From an uncultured Actinomycetes bacterium (GTDB lineage: Bacteria; Actinomycetota; Thermoleophilia; RBG-16-64-13), in contig CAWFCN010000002.1 of assembly GCA_963814415.1 (NCBI GenBank), forward strand, positions 487,111 to 551,110: a DNA stretch of 64,000 nucleotides. Direction: 5' to 3'. The notes under the pieces are model-generated. The model saw only the letters and a program-made list of their open reading frames with translations. It did not search any database and was not told the origin of the DNA. Shown piece by piece: positions 30,256 through 42,298 of this stretch. The position numbers were made by a program, and so were the translations under genes. Positions within the stretch are counted from its first letter, which is position 1; each line of letters begins with the position of its first letter.

Positions 30256-31332
30256 ATGTCGAATCTCCGCTCGAAGGAATCGCTCGTTGTCGAGTTCGGC
30301 CCGGGTCTGAACATACTGGCGGGACCCAACGGCGCCGGCAAGACCACCGTCCTGGAGGCAGCGGTCCTGGCCCTCGACGGCGAGCAGTTACGCCCTGGGT
30401 CCTTGCGCGATCTCATCAGCCACGGCAAAGATCACTTGAGAGTCGAGCTAGACCTCGAGGAGGCGGGCGCTTCGGTCACAGCCGCTGCGGCATATTCGAG
30501 AGACGGCGAGCGACGCTTGAGCGCGGGCGATCTACCGTTGGCCGACAACTCCAGGTGGCGCGAGGCCATTCCCGTGCGCACCTTCATTCCCGACGACCTC
30601 CGGCTCATCAAAGGGAGCCCACGAAGGCGCAGGGCCTATCTGGACACTCTGGCCGGCAGGCGAGACCCCGCGTATCCGGTAGTGCTGAAACAATACGACG
30701 AGGCGCTGGCCCAACGAAACACTTTGCTTCGCTCCACTTGGGGCGGAGGCGACGACGCTGAGTTCGTTCCTTGGGAGAAGATGTTGGCCGAAAGCGGATT
30801 GGCCGTATGCGAACGGAGGTCCGCGACGTTGGCGGGGTTCATAGACGCATTCCAAGAGATGCACCAGGATCTTACGGCGGAACCGGTCGACGCTTTCCGC
30901 TTGACGTACAGAACCAACGCCGCGGGACTAGACGCCGAGAACTACCAGGCACGTCTGGCTGAGATGAGGAGCGCAGACCGCCAGCGGACATTCACACACC
31001 TCGGACCGCATAGGGACGACTTCAGGTTGATGCGGGCCGGACTTGACATGCGTGACTGTGCGTCTCAGGGGGAACAGAGGGCGGCTCTGCTCACCCTCGT
31101 CCTAGCAGAATGGGACAGCCTGCGAAGCGCCGGCCCCACACCGCTGCTCCTCTTGGACGACGTGATGAGTGAGCTGGACGAGACCCGTCGCCGAGCCCTA
31201 CTCAGGATCATAAGGCGAGGCGGACAAGTACTGGTCACCACGACTGACTTGCGCTACTTCTCGCAAGAGGAGCTTGACGCGGCCAGGGTGATCGAGTTGT
31301 CGCAGGGAGAGCCGATCGATGCCCGGCCCTGA
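30256..31332 (+). CDS. recF: DNA replication and repair protein RecF
   Basis: FGPGLNILAGPNGAGKTTVLEA Walker A, ABC signature and D-loop (LLLLDDVMSELD). Confidence 0.9.
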   Translation: MSNLRSKESLVVEFGPGLNILAGPNGAGKTTVLEAAVLALDGEQLRPGSLRDLISHGKDHLRVELDLEEAGASVTAAAAYSRDGERRLSAGDLPLADNSRWREAIPVRTFIPDDLRLIKGSPRRRRAYLDTLAGRRDPAYPVVLKQYDEALAQRNTLLRSTWGGGDDAEFVPWEKMLAESGLAVCERRSATLAGFIDAFQEMHQDLTAEPVDAFRLTYRTNAAGLDAENYQARLAEMRSADRQRTFTHLGPHRDDFRLMRAGLDMRDCASQGEQRAALLTLVLAEWDSLRSAGPTPLLLLDDVMSELDETRRRALLRIIRRGGQVLVTTTDLRYFSQEELDAARVIELSQGEPIDARP

Positions 31333-31876
31333 AGACTTCGACCGCGTCGGTAGTCTCTTGGGCGAGTTCTGCGAAGCCGCGGCTACGCCTGCCCCGGTGG
31401 ATGGCCAGGCGAACGACGAACAGCGCTCCGTAGGGCGCGGTGCCAGGACGACCCCTGGCGATGCGTCGCGGGCACTCGCCGGAGTGTGGCCCGCCGTCGT
31501 CGGAGCGGAGGTGGCCGCCAATGCTGCGCCGGTGCAACTCAAGGCAGGCAGGCTGGTGGTCAGCACCTCCTCGAGCGTTTGGGCCCAGACTCTGCAGTAC
31601 ATGAGCGTCGACCTGGCCGTGCGCCTGAACGAGCGTCTGGGAGAGGGAGTCGTGCGGCAGATAGTCTTCCGCCACGCGGGTTGGGAAGAGCGGCCGCCGG
31701 GAGAGACGGCCGACCGTCAGAGGCGTGAGACGGATGAAGCCGGGCCCTTGTCGCCGGAACAACAACAGGCCCTCGACGACCTCGACCGAGTGGATCTTCC
31801 CCCTGCCGTCCGTGGCCAGATCGAGCGTGCTATGCGGGCATCATTTGTCCGCACACAGCGAGATTCCGTTCGCTGA
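31319..31876 (+). CDS. dciA: DUF721 (DciA-like) protein; start overlaps the recF 3' end
   Basis: WPAVVGAEVAANAAPVQLKAGRLVVSTSSSVWAQTLQYMSVDLAVRLNERLGEGVVRQIVFR matches the DUF721 core (established family pattern). Confidence 0.6.
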   Translation: MPGPEDFDRVGSLLGEFCEAAATPAPVDGQANDEQRSVGRGARTTPGDASRALAGVWPAVVGAEVAANAAPVQLKAGRLVVSTSSSVWAQTLQYMSVDLAVRLNERLGEGVVRQIVFRHAGWEERPPGETADRQRRETDEAGPLSPEQQQALDDLDRVDLPPAVRGQIERAMRASFVRTQRDSVR

Positions 31877-32048
31877 CAGCGTATCAATGCGGCCGGGCCG
31901 AAAACCCGTGTGATATCATGTAAGCGTCGTGGTTCGTGTCATCGGCAGCGACGGGTGGGCATTTCTCCCTGCATTCCGAGAGCATTTCTAGGAGCCAGCG
32001 AACGCCCAAGACCGCGACGGTGACGCAAGCCAGTTGGCGGCGAGCTGA

Positions 32049-34178
<2,130 letters not shown>

Positions 34179-34194
34179 GTTGGGGAACGGAGCC

Positions 34195-36789
34195 ATGGAG
34201 ACACTCGAAGGCCGCGTGGAGCAGATAGAGATCGCGGACGAGATGCGTGCCTCGTATCTCGACTACGCCATGAGCGTCATAGTCGGCCGCGCTCTGCCTG
34301 ACGTAAGAGACGGGCTGAAGCCCGTGCACCGGCGCGTGCTCTTCGGCATGCACGACTCGGGCATGCGGCCGACAAGCCCGTATCGCAAGTGCGCCCGTGT
34401 CGTCGGCGATGTCATGGGTAACTTCCACCCCCACGGCGACTCCTCTATCTACGATGCCCTGGTCCGCATGGCCCAAGACTTCGCCATCCGCTGCCCGTTG
34501 GTCGATGGGCACGGCAACTTCGGGTCGGTCGACGGCGACGCGGCCGCGGCCATGCGCTACACCGAATGCCGCCTCAGCAAGATCGCCATGGAACTGCTGC
34601 GCGACATCGAAGCGGAGACGGTCGACTGGACCCCCAACTACGACGAGAGTCGCGAGGAGCCGAAAGTCCTGCCGGCCCGCTTCCCGAATCTCTTGGTCAA
34701 TGGCAGCTCAGGTATCGCCGTGGGCATGGCGACCAACATCCCTCCCCACAATCTGGGTGAGGCGATCGCGGCCACCGTGGCCTACATCGACGACCCGGGG
34801 CTGAGCAACGCGGAGTTGATGAAGTTCATAAAGGGCCCTGATTTTCCGACCGGTGGTCTCATCATGGGTAGCGCAGGTATCCGCGAAGGCTACGAGACCG
34901 GCCGAGGCAGGGTGGTCGTGCGGGCGAGGGCTCACACTGAACCACTCAAGCAGGGCAAAGTGGCGATCATAGTCACGGAGCTTCCCTACCAGGTCAACAA
35001 GGCGCAACTGATCGAGAAGATCGCAGACCTGGTGCGGGACAAGCATATCCCCGAGATATCCGACCTGCGCGACGAGTCCGACCGATCGGGCATGCGCATG
35101 GTGATCGAACTCAAGCGTGAAGCCATCCCCAAGGTGGTTCTGAACAAGCTTTTCAAACACAGCGCCATGCAGACTACCTTTGGCATGAACATGTTGGCGT
35201 TGGTCGACGGGGTCCCCAAGACCCTGTCGCTGCGCGACATGTTCCGCCACTATGTGGCGCACCAAAGAGACGTCATCGTCCGGCGCACCAAGTTCGAGCT
35301 CGACAAGGCCAAGAAGCGCGCTCATATCCTTGAAGGTCTGCTGATCGCCATCACCAACCTGGACGAAGTCATCAAGATCATCCGGTCGAGCGAGGATACC
35401 GAAGCGGCCAAGATGGGATTGATGACTCGCTTTGGTCTGAGTGACGAGCAGGCCCAAGCTATTGTCGACCTGCGTCTGCGCAACCTCACCGCCCTAGAGC
35501 GGCACAAGTTGGAAGAGGAACACCGCGACTTGTTGGAGCGCATCGCATACCTGGAGGGGCTGCTGGCCGACGAAAGCCTCATCCATGGTGTCATCAAGGA
35601 AGAGATGCTGGAGATCAAGCATATGTACACGGACGATCGCCGGACCGAGATCCTGCCGTCCGAGGACGAGATCGACATCGAGGACATGATCGCCGTCGAA
35701 GAGATGGTCATCTCCATCACGGCCTCGGGCTACGTTAAGAGGCTACCCGTGTCTACTTACCGCCTGCAGCATCGCGGCGGCGTCGGAGTCATGGGTATGG
35801 ACCACAAAGAGGGCGACTACATAGAGCACCTCTTCATCACCACGACGCATCACTTCCTATTGTTCATAACCTCGCGGGGCAAGATCTACCGGCAGAAGGT
35901 GCACGAGCTGCCCCTGGGCAGTCGGCAGAGCAAGGGCCGTCATGTCGCCAACCTACTTCCTCTCGCTCAGGGGGAGCGGATCAAGGCCGTCATCGCGACC
36001 AAAGACTACTCAGACGCGAAGTACTTGGCGTTCGCGACCCGCCGGGGCATCGTCAAGAAGACCCGCTTCCTCGACTACGCGACCAGCCTGAAGGCCGACG
36101 GCATCATAGCCATCAACCTGGAAGAGGACGACGAGCTCGTCGCCGTGGCCCATACCAGCGGTCATGATGACCTGATCTTGGTCTCGAGCGAGGGCAAGGC
36201 CATCCGCTTCCACGAATATGACGTACGACCCACCGGGCGCAACACCATGGGGGTCACGGGTATGCGCCTTCCCGAAGCCCACACTCTTCTCGGCATGGCG
36301 GTCGCCGAGGATGACGCCGATATCTTCTGTGCCACCAAGGAAGGCTACGGCAAGCGCACCCCTGTCTCCAGCTACCCGACGCAGAAGCGGGGGGGTCAAG
36401 GGGTCATAACCATCAAGGACAGTCCCGACCGGGGCGACCTGGTGGGTGTTGCCACAGTCCGTAACAATCATGAACTGCTGCTGATGAGCCAAGAGGGCAC
36501 GGTCATACGAGTGCCGGTGCAGAGCGTACGCACCACAGGACGGAACACCATGGGCGTCCGGGTGATGAACCTGCGGGGAGCCGACAAGGTCTCTAGCATG
36601 GCCCGGCTCGTAGGCGACACTCCTACCAGCGGGCAGGGGAACGGAGACGCAAACGGTCTCGAAGCCTCCGGCGAGTACGAGCCGTTCGATGACGAAGACT
36701 CCATGTCGGACGCTCTAGGTGATGAGGGAGACGCTGACGACTCAGCTCCCTCCGACGACGACGAGACCGGAGAAGACCTAGAGCCGTAG
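34195..36789 (+). CDS. gyrA: DNA gyrase subunit A
   Basis: [31 protein letters not shown], active-site Tyr region, GyrA-box-containing C-terminal beta-pinwheel, and an acidic C-terminal tail. Confidence 0.95.
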   Translation: METLEGRVEQIEIADEMRASYLDYAMSVIVGRALPDVRDGLKPVHRRVLFGMHDSGMRPTSPYRKCARVVGDVMGNFHPHGDSSIYDALVRMAQDFAIRCPLVDGHGNFGSVDGDAAAAMRYTECRLSKIAMELLRDIEAETVDWTPNYDESREEPKVLPARFPNLLVNGSSGIAVGMATNIPPHNLGEAIAATVAYIDDPGLSNAELMKFIKGPDFPTGGLIMGSAGIREGYETGRGRVVVRARAHTEPLKQGKVAIIVTELPYQVNKAQLIEKIADLVRDKHIPEISDLRDESDRSGMRMVIELKREAIPKVVLNKLFKHSAMQTTFGMNMLALVDGVPKTLSLRDMFRHYVAHQRDVIVRRTKFELDKAKKRAHILEGLLIAITNLDEVIKIIRSSEDTEAAKMGLMTRFGLSDEQAQAIVDLRLRNLTALERHKLEEEHRDLLERIAYLEGLLADESLIHGVIKEEMLEIKHMYTDDRRTEILPSEDEIDIEDMIAVEEMVISITASGYVKRLPVSTYRLQHRGGVGVMGMDHKEGDYIEHLFITTTHHFLLFITSRGKIYRQKVHELPLGSRQSKGRHVANLLPLAQGERIKAVIATKDYSDAKYLAFATRRGIVKKTRFLDYATSLKADGIIAINLEEDDELVAVAHTSGHDDLILVSSEGKAIRFHEYDVRPTGRNTMGVTGMRLPEAHTLLGMAVAEDDADIFCATKEGYGKRTPVSSYPTQKRGGQGVITIKDSPDRGDLVGVATVRNNHELLLMSQEGTVIRVPVQSVRTTGRNTMGVRVMNLRGADKVSSMARLVGDTPTSGQGNGDANGLEASGEYEPFDDEDSMSDALGDEGDADDSAPSDDDETGEDLEP

Positions 36790-36855
36790 TACGCTCTGCT
36801 ATCATTCGCCGCACGATGGGTGGACAGCCACTCGCGGCAAGAAGGAGCAAGGCTA

Positions 36856-37542
36856 ATGGTCTTTTGGGATTGGACACTCATACTACTGCTGCCGGCGTTC
36901 GTTCTCGGACTCTACGCGCAGGCCAAGGTCACCTCGACCTTCAAACGGTATTCACAGATTGCCTCCTCCCGAGGTCTCACTGGAACACAGGCGGCTCGCC
37001 TCGTACTGGACGGAGGAGGGCTCTATCAGGTGGGCATCGAGGTGGCCGGCGGGCGTCTGTCAGACCACTACGACCCGCGCACGAGGTCGCTCAGCCTCAG
37101 CCCCGACGTCGGCAACAGTACGTCTTTGGCCGCTCTCGGTGTGGCGGCGCACGAGGCAGGGCACGCTTTGCAGCATGCTCAAGGCTACGCGGCCTTCAGA
37201 GTCAGGAGTGCGTTGGTGCCGGTGGCCAACATAGGTTCGAATCTGGGCATTCTCATCTTCATAGTGGGCGCAATCTTCGGAGCCTCGCAGGGCGTGCCCT
37301 GGCTCATGAACGTAGGCATCGTGCTCTTCTCAGCGGCCGTGCTCTTCACTTTGGTCACTCTGCCGGTCGAATTCAACGCCTCCAGTAGGGCGATCAAGGA
37401 GCTGACGAACAAGAGCATCCTCATGGGTGCCGAGTTGGAAGGTGCAAAGAAGGTGCTAAGCGCGGCCGCTCTTACATATGTGGCCGCCGCGCTCACGGCC
37501 ATATTGACCTTGCTGCGGCTTATCCTCATAAGTCGAAGGTAG
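36856..37542 (+). CDS. YugP-like membrane zinc metallopeptidase (Zn_peptidase_2 family)
   Basis: HEXXH (AAHEAGHALQHAQ) flanked by TM segments. ATG 36856 preferred over ORF-track start 36820. Confidence 0.6.
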   Translation: MVFWDWTLILLLPAFVLGLYAQAKVTSTFKRYSQIASSRGLTGTQAARLVLDGGGLYQVGIEVAGGRLSDHYDPRTRSLSLSPDVGNSTSLAALGVAAHEAGHALQHAQGYAAFRVRSALVPVANIGSNLGILIFIVGAIFGASQGVPWLMNVGIVLFSAAVLFTLVTLPVEFNASSRAIKELTNKSILMGAELEGAKKVLSAAALTYVAAALTAILTLLRLILISRR

Positions 37543-37588
37543 TCGGCTACCCGGTCTAGCGCGCCGACGGTCGGGAAGGGGGATAGAC

Positions 37589-38932
37589 ATGTCAGCGCCC
37601 CGGGTGCTGCTGATTCCGACGCATCACACCGGCCTGGCCGACGCCATCGCGGCGGTCGTGTCGGAGATCGCGGCCTCCAAGGGGCGCGAGGTTCGCTATC
37701 ACCATATCGGACCCCAAGCCCCGATCGCGGCCTGGGACAGGTGGGGGGGTGCGGTCTTTGTCGACCCCGCGCTCACGAGTGAAGAGACCCTGCTCAGCCT
37801 GTATGAGGTCGCGGCACGGCATGCCGATATATCGTTGCTCTCATCGGACACCGGACTCCTGGACCGCACCGCGGGTGTCGATTGGGTGCCGGCCGACCTA
37901 GCCGGCCTGCTGGACTGCCCGGTGGTGGTGGTCATGGATTGCAGGGGTTGGGGTACCGGGATTAAGCTGCAGACCACGGGCATCAAGACTCACGCCCGAA
38001 CGGCTGGCCTGCTGGGCGCGATCCTCTCCGGCGTGTCGGACCAGGAGCACTACTCACTGCTCAAGAAGACGCTCGCGGAGGACGGCATCCGCGTCTTCGG
38101 CTGTCTGTACGAGGGCCAAGGTCTCGGGTGGGACTCGACTGCACCATCGGCCTGGGGTCTCCCCATACCCGCCGACATACAGCAAGCGGTGGCCCAACAA
38201 GTAGACGTCGCCGGGCTCTTGGCGTTGGCCGGTCAGCGCGGGTTCCTGGCTGCCCATAACCGTCTGTCGGATCACGGTACTGACGGCCCGGTCGTGCTTG
38301 TCGCAAGCGGCAACGGCTTCACGCAGTGGAGCCGAGACTCGGTAGAGATCCTTCGGTCTGCCGGGGCACAGGTCCGGCGGTTGGATCTTCTGGAGGACTC
38401 CGTCTTGCCGACCGAGGCCTCCGGTCTGATCCTGGCGGGCACTCTCTGGCCCGATACCATCCAGGACATAGCCATGAACACGACGCTCCTAGAAGACGTA
38501 GCCACCAAGGTGAAAGGCGGGCTTCCCACGCTGGCTCTCGGCGGAGGGATGCTTCTACTTCTAAGCAGACTGCAGGACACCTTTGGTCGGACCTCGGAGT
38601 TGGCGGGCGTGATCCCGGCGCAAGGCGAGATACTTTGGGATCTGGAATCCCCGGCATACGTCGAGGTGAACACCCTCCAAGACAACGTGTTGCTGAAGAA
38701 GGGCATGAAGTTGACGGGATGGACCTTCAGTGAGGTCGAACTCACCGGAGAAGGACAGTCCTGGGAGCCTCCGCTATCGCTTCGCGGGGCGGGGACGAAC
38801 ACAGAACGGCGCGAGACCTTCGGTCATGACGCCCTCCTGTGTTCTCCAGCGATGGTGCACCTGGGGGCAGAGCGCGGCATGGCGAGCCGTTATGTAGAGC
38901 ACTGCAAGGTCTATGCGGCGGGGGTCGCGTAA
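37589..38932 (+). CDS. CbiA/CobB/CobQ-like (cobyrinic acid a,c-diamide synthase family) protein with degenerate P-loop and no GATase cysteine; likely a pseudoenzyme
   Basis: Overall CbiA architecture (N-terminal ParA/MinD-like fold plus C-terminal GATase1-like). THHTGLADA stands where GxxGxGKT is expected, and LALGGGMLLL where the catalytic ECGGLMYL is expected. Confidence 0.45.
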   Translation: MSAPRVLLIPTHHTGLADAIAAVVSEIAASKGREVRYHHIGPQAPIAAWDRWGGAVFVDPALTSEETLLSLYEVAARHADISLLSSDTGLLDRTAGVDWVPADLAGLLDCPVVVVMDCRGWGTGIKLQTTGIKTHARTAGLLGAILSGVSDQEHYSLLKKTLAEDGIRVFGCLYEGQGLGWDSTAPSAWGLPIPADIQQAVAQQVDVAGLLALAGQRGFLAAHNRLSDHGTDGPVVLVASGNGFTQWSRDSVEILRSAGAQVRRLDLLEDSVLPTEASGLILAGTLWPDTIQDIAMNTTLLEDVATKVKGGLPTLALGGGMLLLLSRLQDTFGRTSELAGVIPAQGEILWDLESPAYVEVNTLQDNVLLKKGMKLTGWTFSEVELTGEGQSWEPPLSLRGAGTNTERRETFGHDALLCSPAMVHLGAERGMASRYVEHCKVYAAGVA

Positions 38933-39047
38933 GCGATCGGGGGGGCAGTTCACTAAAGGGGCAGTAGAATAGCAGTCTGCTCTGAGGGCACCGGCTCCTG
39001 GTCTAGGGTCGCAGGGCAGTAGGGAACGGGAATCACAAGGAGGGAAA

Positions 39048-39347
39048 GTGGCCGAAGGAAGCATCGATCCGGTAATACGGAACTACCGCGAGAAGATCTC
39101 GGACAACGATCTGAAGATACTCGAAGCACTCAACAAGAGGCTATCTCTTGTCAGGAGTCTGTGGGAGTACAAACAATCCCACGGCATCAGCTTCTACGAC
39201 GCAGCTCAGGAAGACTGGGTCGTCACCTACCTGGCCCGCGCGAATCGTGGTCCTCTCTCCAACGATGGGCTCCGCGAGATATACACCCTGATTCTCCAGC
39301 GGATCAAGGCGGAAGCGGCAGTCGCCGACGAAGCCAAGGAGAAGTAG
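39048..39347 (+). CDS. Chorismate mutase (AroQ class)
   Basis: IRNYREKISDNDLKILEALNKRLSLVRSLWEYK matches the AroQ helix-1/2 pattern. Confidence 0.65.
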   Translation: MAEGSIDPVIRNYREKISDNDLKILEALNKRLSLVRSLWEYKQSHGISFYDAAQEDWVVTYLARANRGPLSNDGLREIYTLILQRIKAEAAVADEAKEK

Positions 39348-39348
39348 C

Positions 39349-39834
39349 CTAGAAGTCCTGTGGTGAGACCTCGTCCAGGAACTCACGGAACTCCTTGACG
39401 ATTTCCTCGACGTCGCCTATCTCTTGCTCGAACTCTATGCCGTTGGCGTTTATCAGCGCCGTGGAGACGTAGATGGGCGAGTCGGTTCTGACGGCCAGCG
39501 CGATCGCGTCTGACGGGCGAGAGTCCACTTGGACCTCCCGACCCTCCACCTCAAGTTGGATAAGGGCGTAAAAGGTGTTCTCGCGTAGCTCGGTGATCAC
39601 CACGGCAGTGACGGCCGCCGATAGCCTCTCGATCACAGAGGCAAGGAGGTCGTGGGTCATGGGACGGGGGAGGTCGGCATTCTGAAGTTTCATGAGGATG
39701 GCGGCTGCCTCGGGGTGACCGATCCAGATGGGCAAGAAGCGGTTCTTGTTCTCGACCTTCAGCAGCACGATGGGCTGCTTGCTGGCCACATCGAAACTTA
39801 CCCCGTAGATGGTGACTCTCTCGATGTCTTCCAT
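39349..39834 (-). CDS. Bifunctional nuclease family (DUF151/BFN) protein
   Basis: VSFDVASKQPIVLLKVENKNRFLPIWIGHPEAAAIL is a BFN-domain pattern. ATG at 39834 preferred. Confidence 0.6.
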   Translation of the reverse strand: MEDIERVTIYGVSFDVASKQPIVLLKVENKNRFLPIWIGHPEAAAILMKLQNADLPRPMTHDLLASVIERLSAAVTAVVITELRENTFYALIQLEVEGREVQVDSRPSDAIALAVRTDSPIYVSTALINANGIEFEQEIGDVEEIVKEFREFLDEVSPQDF

Positions 39835-39951
39835 GGTCTCCTCACGCTGGCACCCGTGCGCGCCTGACCTTAGGTTACCGCGCGGCAGTCCCGGCGTCAT
39901 CAGGCGGTGGGTACCAGGCCGGGAACCCGACGGGGCGGGCGGGCGCCTTTC

Positions 39952-39979
39952 TTGACATCAACTGGAATGCCGGTAAACT
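39952..39979 (+). promoter_or_regulatory. Sigma-70-like promoter for the tRNA-Ile/tRNA-Ala genes
   Basis: TTGACA (39952) - 16 nt - TAAACT (39974), ending 10 nt before the tRNA 5' end. Confidence 0.45.
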
Positions 39980-39989
39980 TCCGGCGCAT

Positions 39990-40066
<77 letters not shown>

Positions 40067-40103
40067 CTATTCTCACGTCGCCACGCTCCTGCTCGATCCG
40101 CTT

Positions 40104-40179
40104 GGGGGATTAGCTCAGTTGGGAGAGCGCCGCCTTTGCACGGCGGAGGTCGCCGGTTCGACCCCGGTATCCTCCACCT
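40104..40179 (+). tRNA. tRNA-Ala (anticodon TGC) with the G3:U70 identity pair
   Basis: GGGGGATTAGCTCAGTTGGGAGAGCGCCGCCTTTGCACGGCGGAGGTCGCCGGTTCGACCCCGGTATCCTCCACC. Confidence 0.9.
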
Positions 40180-40340
40180 TCCGGATCGGGCGTGGACGAC
40201 ACTGACCCCGGGCGTCAAGCAGACCCGCAGAGACACGTTGCCATCGTACGCTGTTGGCGTACCAGTTCGTTTCATAGTCCGGTAACAGCAATGTACATTG
40301 CAATGGTAAGACCGTTCGCCTATACTCACATTAGGCTCGA

Positions 40341-41318
40341 ATGAAAGCACTAAAGACAGCCAGAAAAGCACACGTGACCGAGCGTCAGAAGGCCTGGGCC
40401 AGATTGGCGCTTCTGACGGTCGTGGGGATGGTGTGCCCTCCGCTGGCAGCGGCCAAGTCGATTGCTGTGTGGGGCGTATACCTCGTCGTAGTAGTCCTCT
40501 ACTCACTCTGGACCGTGCGCATCACCCGAACGGGGAAGCGCGATAGGCATCTGGGCTACGTGCTGTGCGTCACCGATGCCGTCGTCTTGGTCCCTATCCT
40601 GGTCTGGAGCATAGGCATTGCGATGCGGGTGGTGCTGGTCGTGCTCTGGGCGGCCGGTGCCGCGACCACCTGGAGAACAGCTGTGGCCGAAGAGCAAGCC
40701 TCGCGAAAGAAGAGGCGCTCGCGAGAGCTCGCGAACTCAGCACGGCACAGGCTGCACCACGAACACGCAAAAGCGGGCGGGCAGGATGCCCCATTGGAGC
40801 GCTCGATCCGCGCGCGGCTGCGGGCCCTGCAGTTGGAGAAGACCAGGTTCGCGATCGTGCTCCTCAGAGTCGCCGGGCACGACGAGCTGGTGGCCAGCCG
40901 CGGACTGGATGCCAGCAAGGAGCTGCTACGGGAGATCGGACGCAGAGGGCTGCGTTTGCTAGGTCCCGACGCTCAACTCTTCGTGCTGCCCGGGGGCCGG
41001 ATGGCCTTTGTCTTCGCGACTGATTCTGCATCGGAGCGCGCTCGTCCGGCGGATCACCGCGATGCGGCCCGGATAGACCCCTACGATGTCGAAAGTCTGG
41101 CGATGGCTCTGGCTCGCAAGGCCTGCGACGATGCCGTAAGAGGACGCCCGGTGGAGTGCGTCGTGGGGTGGGCGTCCGCCCCGGCCGACGGGACCACCGC
41201 CGACGACCTCATGTACGCCGCCGAGAGCGGGGCTCTGAGCAGCGCCGCGTTCCGAAGGGTCGGCGGAGCCCGGTTGACCGTCGCGGAACCAGAGAGGAAG
41301 CGCGCGGTCGCGGGATAG
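40341..41318 (+). CDS. Membrane-anchored protein with a degenerate GGDEF-like domain (GGRMAF in place of GGDEF)
   Basis: 3 N-terminal TMs and a coiled-coil region. RFAIVLLRVAGHDELVASRGLDASKELLREIGRRGLRLLGPDAQLFVLPGGRMAFVF aligns to the GGDEF fold, but the catalytic DE is lost. Confidence 0.5.
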   Translation: MKALKTARKAHVTERQKAWARLALLTVVGMVCPPLAAAKSIAVWGVYLVVVVLYSLWTVRITRTGKRDRHLGYVLCVTDAVVLVPILVWSIGIAMRVVLVVLWAAGAATTWRTAVAEEQASRKKRRSRELANSARHRLHHEHAKAGGQDAPLERSIRARLRALQLEKTRFAIVLLRVAGHDELVASRGLDASKELLREIGRRGLRLLGPDAQLFVLPGGRMAFVFATDSASERARPADHRDAARIDPYDVESLAMALARKACDDAVRGRPVECVVGWASAPADGTTADDLMYAAESGALSSAAFRRVGGARLTVAEPERKRAVAG

Positions 41319-41353
41319 TCGCGCGTTGCGGGGCCTGTGGTACAGTTCCCCGA

Positions 41354-42298
41354 ATGGACCCCCCAGACCTGAAACACAAGAAGATCGGCGTCCTCATGGG
41401 CGGTCTCTCGGGCGAGCGGGAAGTGTCGCTACGATCGGGTGCCAATTGCCTGCGCGCGCTCTGCGCAAAGGGCTATGATGCCGTACCCATAGACGCGATC
41501 CGCGACGTGGCCGAGCGCTTGGACGAGGAGCAGATCGAGGTGGCCTTTCTGGCCCTGCACGGGCGCTATGGGGAAGACGGCACCGTCCAGGGTCTTCTGG
41601 AGATCATGGGCATCCCCTATACAGGTTCGGGTGTCCTCGCGTCCGCCCTGGGTATGAACAAGGTCGCCGCCAAGAAGGTGGTCATGAGCAGTGGCCTCCA
41701 GTCTCCTGCGTACTGCGAGATCGGCAGGGACGAACCTGCCGCGGCCGCGGCTGCGCGGGTCGCAGCGGAATTGGGCCTGCCCGTCATGCTGAAACCTCTA
41801 GAGGAGGGGTCGAGTCTGGGTGTCGCCAAGTGCTCCGACCAGGTGACCTTGAGCTCTTCAATCAAAGCTGCCAGCGCCGACTACGGGCCTGTGTTCGCGG
41901 AGCGCTTTGTCCCGGGACGGGAGATCACGGTGGGTGTGCTGCAGCGGCCGGTAGGACTCGAGACCCTACCCATTCTTGAACTGGTGCCCAAGAACGACTT
42001 CTACGACTACGAAGCCAAGTACACCGAGGGTCTGACCGAGTTCGTACTTCCCGCTCCCCTGCCTCCTGCCGTGTACGCGGCGGCCGAGCGCCTTGCGGTG
42101 TCTTCCTTCCAGGCCATCGGCTGCCGGGGCTACGCCAGGGTGGACCTCATGGTGGACGACAAAGGCGAGCCTTGGTTCATCGAGGTGAACACTCTCCCCG
42201 GCATGACCGACACCTCCGACCTGCCCGCCCAAGCCAAAGCGGCTGGTATTTCGTATGAAGACTTGGTGGAGACCATCCTTCTCACCGCTATTGCCTGA
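41354..42298 (+). CDS. ddl: D-alanine--D-alanine ligase
   Basis: KIGVLMGGLSGEREVSLRSG N-terminus, ATP-grasp motifs and C-terminal EVNTLPGMT. Confidence 0.9.
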   Translation: MDPPDLKHKKIGVLMGGLSGEREVSLRSGANCLRALCAKGYDAVPIDAIRDVAERLDEEQIEVAFLALHGRYGEDGTVQGLLEIMGIPYTGSGVLASALGMNKVAAKKVVMSSGLQSPAYCEIGRDEPAAAAAARVAAELGLPVMLKPLEEGSSLGVAKCSDQVTLSSSIKAASADYGPVFAERFVPGREITVGVLQRPVGLETLPILELVPKNDFYDYEAKYTEGLTEFVLPAPLPPAVYAAAERLAVSSFQAIGCRGYARVDLMVDDKGEPWFIEVNTLPGMTDTSDLPAQAKAAGISYEDLVETILLTAIA

